Assembly: GCA_034439655.1 (NCBI GenBank) | Contig: JAWXAU010000091.1 | Location: forward strand, 1,129-65,128 | Length of the DNA: 64,000 bases | Source of the DNA: Bacteroidota bacterium | GTDB taxonomy: Bacteria > Bacteroidota > Bacteroidia > UKL13-3 | Direction: 5' to 3' | Position numbers and translations under genes: made by a program | Notes under the pieces: model-generated | Databases searched by the model: none | What the model saw: the letters and a program-made list of their open reading frames with translations, nothing else | What the model was told of the DNA's origin: nothing | Shown here: piece after piece, positions 58,190-64,000 of the stretch | Layout of the letters: each line of letters opens with the position of its first letter | How positions within the stretch are numbered: position 1 is the first letter of the stretch

Positions 58190-59134
58190 ATGAAAAATAG
58201 TACTTTATTAATAATAATATTTAGCAGCTTAACGTTTAATTCAAATGCTCAAGACACAATACCCAATGCAAATTTTGAGCAAAGCATTTATTACACTGAT
58301 GCAGGCAATATCACGCACATGCATACTAATTTTTGGAAACTTAGTGATAGTACAAATATTTGGTTAGAAAAATATAATAAAAATATTTTTTAACCTTTTG
58401 AAGGCAATTACTCTGTAGATGTAACAAAAAGTTCTTCAGGCGACCCGACTTATTTATATCAAAAATTCCCCTATACTGAGAGGCCAAAGACATTTACTAT
58501 GCAAGTTTTTTTTGATCATTATGGCAATTCTGAATACCATTATGTAGAGATTATTTTTGAAAAAAACAATAAAAAGATATCATATAATAAAACCATATCC
58601 GAGTCCATGTATTATAACACGAATAAGGATACTAATTCCTTCTGCTACCCATATTTAATGGTAGTGCCTATTGATTTCCCTACTAATGATACCCCGGACT
58701 ATTGCACCATTAAAATATGGTCTGCAAATTGTGAACCAGGTAGTTACCATTTACCAGGCGATAGAGTAATAATCGATGATTTAAAGTTCCATAAAGTGGT
58801 GGTGTTATCGTCTAAGAATGTAAATACTGGCTTAAGTGAACCGACTACAAGTAATAATTATAATAGAGCGACAGAGAAATATCCATTAAAATTGATACCT
58901 AATCCAGCTGGACAGTTTTGCATATTAAATTATTCTCTCAAAGAAGCGAAGCAAATACAGATAGCCATATATGATGCCCAAGGTAAATTAGTTAAAAATA
59001 TACTAAATCAAAAACACTCAGCAGGAGATTATAGTATTAATATTGAAACAGCTAATTTAAGCGAAGGCGTATATTTCGTAATGTTAAGCTGCGATGGGAT
59101 TTCAACTTCAGACAGATTAGTAATTATGCATTAG
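58190..59134 (+). pseudogene. T9SS cargo protein gene interrupted by an in-frame TAA
   Basis: ORFs 58190..58393 (signal peptide) and 58499..59134 (T9SS CTD: IPNPAGQFCILNY...AIYDAQGKLV...GVYFVMLS) share one frame. The intervening 58394..58498 reads through as ...KNIF*PFEGNYSVDVTK... with a single TAA at 58391-58393. Confidence 0.45.
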
Positions 59135-59170
59135 TATAATATACGAATTGCGGTATAAATAGCACCATTA

Positions 59171-59190
59171 TTTGAGTTCGGAAACTCAAA
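59171..59190 (+). terminator. Hairpin downstream of the T9SS cargo gene
   Basis: tttgagttcggaaactcaaa: a perfect 8-bp stem with a cgga loop. The trailing U-tract is weak. Confidence 0.3.
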
Positions 59191-59221
59191 ACTCCACTCG
59201 GGCGGCATGATATACTATTTC

Positions 59222-59410
59222 GTCTCCGATTCATGAGATTCTTCGCCCGAAGCGGTTCGCCAAGGCGAATCGTTGACCTGATGCGAGAATATGTCTCCGA
59301 TTCATGAGATTCTTCGTCTCGTCTTTTAAGAATTTGCACATATAATAATTATCCTCTTGACGATTCGCCGCGGCGAACAGAATGACGGTCATCTGCCGCG
59401 GCGAAGCACC
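59222..59410. repeat. Composite repeat cluster (two GATTCATGAGATTCTTCG units + TTCGCCGCGGCGAA + CAGAATGACGG)
   Basis: ccgattcatgagattcttcgcccgaagcgg (59227) is repeated at 59296. ttcgccgcggcgaa is at 59364, followed by cagaatgacgg and ctgccgcggcgaag. Confidence 0.7.
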
Positions 59411-59419
59411 GACCACATA

Positions 59420-60721
59420 CTATCCCGCGATCTCATCCAACAAATCCGCCATTTGCTGCGTAATCTTATCAGCATGATATTGTTCTATATTTTCAAATTT
59501 GAATTGATGTGAATCATTTATATAATCATCAAACATATATTTAATTGCAGCGTAGGCCTCATCCACATTGTTAAATTCTGCAGTAAGTCCAGCTTTACAT
59601 TCTGCTACAATATTTGGCACATCGGCAGTATGCGGACCTATTACCAATACAGGACGTTTACAAGCCAAATATTCAAATATTTTTGCAGGAATACGTCCAT
59701 TTACATTATCGGCTCTGTTCAAGGTTAGTAGTAATATATCAGAATTTCCCATACGTTGTAAAGCATCTTTACGGTTGAGAAATCCGAGATTGTTTAAATT
59801 ATTTTTAAGTCCATTTTTTTCAATTGCATTTACGATAGATATATCAATACTTCCAGCCAATTGTATTTCTAATTTCTTAGCGAATTCAGGGTTTTCTGCA
59901 GCAAATTTTCCCATGGCTTCCCATAATTCTGTCGGGTTACGATCGCTACCAAAAGTACCAAAATGACTCAATATAAATTTATCAGATTTATGATAGGGTT
60001 TCAAATCACTAAAATCTTGTGGATCGAAACCCCAAGGTATATATTCTACTTTTCGTTGGGCTAGCTCACCCATATCTTGGGTCCACGAGCGACTCACAAT
60101 TACCAACTTGTCGGCATGTTTCATTACCTCTGCTTCTTGCCTGTGGTGCAGGTCTTCTGCACGTTTGCCCAATTTGAATTTGTGAAAATAATCTACTTGT
60201 GTCCAAGGGTCTTGAAAATCCGCAATCCAGGGAATACCAAAATGTTTTTTCAAGGCCAATGCAATTAAGTGTGTAGAATGTGGTGGTCCATGCGAAATAA
60301 TCGCATCAATTTTATTTTCTATTATATATTTTTTTAAATATTTAATAGATGGTTTTATCCAAAATTTACGGGCATCAGGCACAAAGAAATTACCTCTTAC
60401 CCAAATTCCGAGTTGCTTTGTCCATGGCTCTTTGCCATCGCTCACTGCAAAAACATCTTTCACTACTTCTTTGCGTTTGTTGCCAGTAATCATATTAAAA
60501 AACGCATAGGGCTCAAATATATTTTTCTTGATAATTGTTATATCTTTTGGCAGCTTATGGTCCGCTTTCTCATCAAATAATGGATACGCTGCATTCTCTG
60601 GAGCATAGATAACAGGTTCCCAATTGCATTGCTTAAAGTATTTGGCAAACTTCAAACTCCGCAGTGGGCCTATGCCTCCACAAGGTTCCCAATAATAAGT
60701 AATATATAATACTTTCTTCAC
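59420..60721 (-). CDS. Glycosyltransferase (GT-B fold, family 4-like)
   Basis: 433 aa. N-terminal Rossmann-like half followed by a C-terminal E..7E-type region. Stop overlaps the neighbouring GT2 gene. Confidence 0.55.
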   Translation of the reverse strand: MKKVLYITYYWEPCGGIGPLRSLKFAKYFKQCNWEPVIYAPENAAYPLFDEKADHKLPKDITIIKKNIFEPYAFFNMITGNKRKEVVKDVFAVSDGKEPWTKQLGIWVRGNFFVPDARKFWIKPSIKYLKKYIIENKIDAIISHGPPHSTHLIALALKKHFGIPWIADFQDPWTQVDYFHKFKLGKRAEDLHHRQEAEVMKHADKLVIVSRSWTQDMGELAQRKVEYIPWGFDPQDFSDLKPYHKSDKFILSHFGTFGSDRNPTELWEAMGKFAAENPEFAKKLEIQLAGSIDISIVNAIEKNGLKNNLNNLGFLNRKDALQRMGNSDILLLTLNRADNVNGRIPAKIFEYLACKRPVLVIGPHTADVPNIVAECKAGLTAEFNNVDEAYAAIKYMFDDYINDSHQFKFENIEQYHADKITQQMADLLDEIAG

Positions 60722-61503
60722 TTGTTAAAAAATAATTTGCGGTACCAATGATATAATTTTGTTTCATTCATTTTACTCAATAGCCAAACTTTGGTCCATA
60801 AGAATGGATGGCGTATCATTCTCAATATATATATATAAGTAGGAAAATAAAATTTAGCTATTTGATTATTTTCTATCATATTTCTAAAACGCTGCTTATG
60901 GCTCATGCCAACGGTTTCATAAGATGCCACAGTTTGTGGAATATATAATGAATGGTCACAACTTTTAAAATAGTTGACAAACCATTCTTGGTCGGCGAGA
61001 ATTTTATATTCCAATCTATATAATCCCAATTTGTTAAATAATTCTTTTTTGATAAATGCTGCTTGGTGACAAAGTGCGATCGAGAAATAATAATCTGTAA
61101 AACTTACTTTTCTACCCTGCACAAAATCCACACCGCTGGGATGGTTCTTAAAAAACACATCTCCATAAATCATATCATATTTCTCTTGTTGGATATAACT
61201 GTCAATATCCGAAAGTATATTTTCGTTGAACAAACAATCGCCAGCATTTAAAAAATAGACAAACTCACCTTCGGCTCTTTCAATACCTTTATTCATTGCA
61301 TCATAAATTCCTTGGTCTTTTTCAGAAATAAATTTTACATGGGGAAATTTCTTCACCACATCCATTGTCGCATCTTTGGAACCCCCATCAATTACCCAAT
61401 GCTCAAATCCTTTGAAAGATTGGTCAGCAGCACTCTGCAGTGTTTCGACCAGTATCTTTTCAGCATTGTAGGTTACGGTGATAAGCGTGATGGATGGGTT
61501 CAT
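60718..61503 (-). CDS. Family 2 glycosyltransferase
   Basis: 261 aa. ITLITVTYNAEKIL...DGGSKD...NAGD. Confidence 0.75.
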   Translation of the reverse strand: MNPSITLITVTYNAEKILVETLQSAADQSFKGFEHWVIDGGSKDATMDVVKKFPHVKFISEKDQGIYDAMNKGIERAEGEFVYFLNAGDCLFNENILSDIDSYIQQEKYDMIYGDVFFKNHPSGVDFVQGRKVSFTDYYFSIALCHQAAFIKKELFNKLGLYRLEYKILADQEWFVNYFKSCDHSLYIPQTVASYETVGMSHKQRFRNMIENNQIAKFYFPTYIYILRMIRHPFLWTKVWLLSKMNETKLYHWYRKLFFNK

Positions 61504-61736
61504 ATATGAGCGTACAAAAATCTATGAAAAAAGGTAGAATTTATCCAAATCAAGAGATAGAAAAAAACTTATAGTATAACTAATTCATTTTCTATCTCTT
61601 ATATTTGATTCCGAATGCTTTCGTTCCGAAAGCATTTGATCTTTTTTAAATAATTATCCTCATTCGTTGCGGTGAACGTGTTTCGGCGAAAATAAAATTT
61701 CTTTTTAGGTGATTATCATAGAAATTTGCCGAACTG

Positions 61737-62753
61737 ATGGATAAAACAAATATTGCAATAATTGGCAGCGGAAGCTACAGTACTGGCATCGTGAAAATAC
61801 TGTCGGATAACAAGCAGGCGGGCATTGGCGATATTGGCAACCTGCATTGGTACGTCCGCAGGCCGCAGGTATTGGAGCATATCAGCAAGTTTAAACACAA
61901 CCCCAATTATCTAAGTTCGGTCGAGCTACACACTGACAGCCTGATACTTGATAGCGACTTAAAAGCCTGCATCGCACCATCCGATTGGGTGCTTATTGGC
62001 GTTCCTTCGGCTTTTGTAAACACCGCTTTACAGAATTTAAAGCCTGCCGACTTTGTTGGAAAAAAAATAATTACCGTGGTGAAAGGCTTGGTTCCCGAAA
62101 CAAATGAAATTATTGCCGATTATTTATTTACGAAGTTTCTGGTTCCTTACGAAAATATATGTATGATAACTGGGCCAAGTCATGCCGAGGAGATTGCTTT
62201 GGAGAAACTCACGTACCTCACTTTTGCTTCTTCGCCCATCGATTTGGCAAAGACCATGAGCCAAACATTTTCCAATCATTATATAAATACAACCATTACT
62301 AACGACTTAAAAGGTGCGGAATATGCAGCAGTGCTAAAAAATGTTTTTGCATTGGCTGCGGGTATATATCATGGCTTGGGATATGGTGATAATTTCCATG
62401 CGTTTTTTATTACCAATGCCTTAAAAGAAATGAAAAAATTTGTATCAAAAGTTTCGCCTATCGAGCGTGATATAGAAGATGCGGCATATCTGGGAGATTT
62501 ATTGGCCACGGGTTATAGCAGTTTTAGTCGTAATAGAATGTTTGGAAACTTGATTGGAAAAGGATATACAGTTACTGCGGCAAAGGCTGAAATGAATATG
62601 ATAGCCGAAGGATATTATGCCACAGGTTGTATGTTCGAAATAAACAAAATACATCAGGTAGATTTACCTATTTTGGATGCCGTTTATGAGGTATTATATA
62701 TGCACGGTGATACAGCAGACGTAATGAAAAAACTTACCGAACGCCTATACTGA
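61737..62753 (+). CDS. gpsA: NAD(P)H-dependent glycerol-3-phosphate dehydrogenase
   Basis: 338 aa. IAIIGSGSYSTG, GPSHAEEIA, AVLKNV, SRNRMFG, EGY and YEVLY are collinear with E. coli GpsA. Confidence 0.8.
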   Translation: MDKTNIAIIGSGSYSTGIVKILSDNKQAGIGDIGNLHWYVRRPQVLEHISKFKHNPNYLSSVELHTDSLILDSDLKACIAPSDWVLIGVPSAFVNTALQNLKPADFVGKKIITVVKGLVPETNEIIADYLFTKFLVPYENICMITGPSHAEEIALEKLTYLTFASSPIDLAKTMSQTFSNHYINTTITNDLKGAEYAAVLKNVFALAAGIYHGLGYGDNFHAFFITNALKEMKKFVSKVSPIERDIEDAAYLGDLLATGYSSFSRNRMFGNLIGKGYTVTAAKAEMNMIAEGYYATGCMFEINKIHQVDLPILDAVYEVLYMHGDTADVMKKLTERLY

Positions 62754-63637
62754 TGCAAGTCGAACTCAAGCAGAAATATTCAGGACATAAGCAAAATATA
62801 TATGCTTTGGAAACGCGTGGCCAACACTTTTATACAGGTGGTGGCGATGGCTATGTGGTAGCATGGGATATGGAAAAAGGCGATATGGGTGAAGTGATTG
62901 CACAAACCAATGCACCTATATATTGCATCACGATATTTGCTGAAAAGGAATTGATGTTTATTGGCACTGCCCATGGCAATATGCATGTAATTGACCTTAA
63001 AGAAAACAAAGAAATTAATTTCATTGTGCTCGAGAATAAAGGTATTTTCAGTATCAAAATTGTGGGTGAGAAATTATATATAACAGGCGGTGATGGTATA
63101 TTATATATATTGGCATTAGCCGATTATCATATTATACAAAAAATTCAGGTATCGAGTAAAAGTTTGAGAGGTATAGATATTTGGAATGAGCTACTGGCAT
63201 TGGGCACTGGTGAAGGACAGGTTAGAATTTTGGATATGAATACCGGAAAAATGGTAAGTGAATTCACTGAACAAATTCAAACAGTTTTTGCGGTGAAGTT
63301 TTCGTCTGATGGTAATTATATATATAGTGGTGGTCGCGATGCACTGTTGGTTAGTTATGATAGGATGGAACAGAAACTCATTTCAAAAATCCCTGCACAT
63401 ACTTTACATATACATTCCATAGAATTATCTCCCGATGAAAAACTTTTAGCTACTTCCTCTATGGACAAAAGTATTAAAATATGGGATAGAAATAGTATGG
63501 AGCTATTGAAAGTAATTGATGCCCCTAAATATGGATTACACCTGTCGTCGGTGAATAAAATAATATGGGTCAATCAACAACAAATTTTGAGTGTGAGCGA
63601 TGATAAAACTGCAGCATTATGGCAAATAGAAAATTAG
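62753..63637 (+). CDS. WD40-repeat beta-propeller protein
   Basis: 294 aa. Repeated GH...WD/WD-like blades (VVAWD, IKIWD, ALWQ). Start overlaps the gpsA stop (TGATG). Confidence 0.7.
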   Translation: MQVELKQKYSGHKQNIYALETRGQHFYTGGGDGYVVAWDMEKGDMGEVIAQTNAPIYCITIFAEKELMFIGTAHGNMHVIDLKENKEINFIVLENKGIFSIKIVGEKLYITGGDGILYILALADYHIIQKIQVSSKSLRGIDIWNELLALGTGEGQVRILDMNTGKMVSEFTEQIQTVFAVKFSSDGNYIYSGGRDALLVSYDRMEQKLISKIPAHTLHIHSIELSPDEKLLATSSMDKSIKIWDRNSMELLKVIDAPKYGLHLSSVNKIIWVNQQQILSVSDDKTAALWQIEN

Positions 63638-63651
63638 TTTTTATATTTTTG

Positions 63652-64000
63652 ATGTTCTTTTTGTCAGCCAAACTATATGGTCAGGATACAAGGAAGATGG
63701 CTATGGTGAATGATAAACTACAAAAAGAAAAGCTCGCTAAAGTCAAATACGCATCTGCCAAAAAAAATAAAAATCCTGTACAACTTGTTTTTTCAGGATT
63801 GTTTTTATCCTACAAGTATTTAATTTCAACGCAGGATGGGAATAAGTGTAATTTCTATCCAACCTGCTCAGAATATGGAATGATGAGCGTGAAAAAACAT
63901 TTCTTTGTGCTTGGGTTGTTGGATACTTTTGACAGGCTTACACGCTGCAATGGCAACCACGATGCCTATGAATATGATGAAGAAAATGATTGCTATATAG
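63652..64000 (+). CDS. YidD-like (DUF37) domain protein, 3'-truncated by the window edge
   Basis: Signal-like N-terminus. CNFYPTCSEYGMMSVKKHFFVLGLLDTFDRLTRCN parallels the YidD CxYxPTCSxY...R..RCxP signature. A second paralogue besides 17560..17784. Confidence 0.5.
   Translation, partial: MFFLSAKLYGQDTRKMAMVNDKLQKEKLAKVKYASAKKNKNPVQLVFSGLFLSYKYLISTQDGNKCNFYPTCSEYGMMSVKKHFFVLGLLDTFDRLTRCNGNHDAYEYDEENDCYI

Noticed and set aside
1-64000. CRISPR array
   Set aside because: The many short repeats are palindromic, heterogeneous in length and not separated by regularly sized unique spacers. No cas genes are present.
1-64000. tRNA / rRNA genes
   Set aside because: No intergenic segment shows a cloverleaf-compatible GC-rich 70-90-nt block with T-loop (GTTCRANYC) or acceptor signatures. 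The only GC-rich island (6540-6660) lacks them.

Overview
This 64-kb window looks like chromosomal DNA from an AT-rich (~36-38% GC) member of Bacteroidota. Three things support that placement: Bacteroidetes-type TTG / TAnnTTTG promoter boxes, several proteins ending in T9SS C-terminal sorting domains, and a TonB-dependent receptor flanked by an HYC_CC_PP-like protein.

Gene content: I call about 64 protein genes, mostly housekeeping.
- They include sucB-lpdA, comEC, dtd, ruvX-def, fbaB, map, rpmH-rnpA-yidD, an arginase-family gene coupled to a cysteine desulfurase, menC/menD-like, ndk, prfA, tpiA, pepP-like, recO, gcvH, xth, typA, tdk, acs and gpsA.
- No rRNA, tRNA or CRISPR array was seen.

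Features worth attention:
1. Almost every longer intergenic spacer is filled with small palindromic / MITE-like repeats of several families. One has CGTCATTCTGA...TCAGAATGACG termini around an AGATTCTTCGCCCGAAGCGGG hairpin. Others are a GC palindrome TTCGCCGCGGCGAA, clusters of a GATTTGACAA/TTGTCAAATC motif, an ATTCGTAATT palindrome, and an 85-bp element present in two inverted copies.
2. One copy of the 85-bp element sits inside a HipA-like Ser/Thr kinase gene as a 114-bp in-frame insertion carrying stop codons. That kinase gene is translationally coupled (TAAATG) to a downstream gene whose protein has a C-terminal HIRAN-like domain and an uncharacterised N-terminus. This is the best candidate for an undescribed two-gene module.
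3. A putative metal-uptake locus comprises a His/Cys-rich protein, a TonB-dependent receptor, an HYC_CC_PP-like protein and a membrane-anchored protein with tandem Cys motifs.
4. Two T9SS cargo genes are each interrupted by a single in-frame stop codon.
5. A ~110-nt GC-rich island between dtd and the dedA-like gene may be a structured RNA.
6. An 865-aa protein has two tandem CbxX-type AAA+ modules behind an unassigned N-terminal domain.

All calls rest on reading the sequence and on recalled family motifs. No database search was run.
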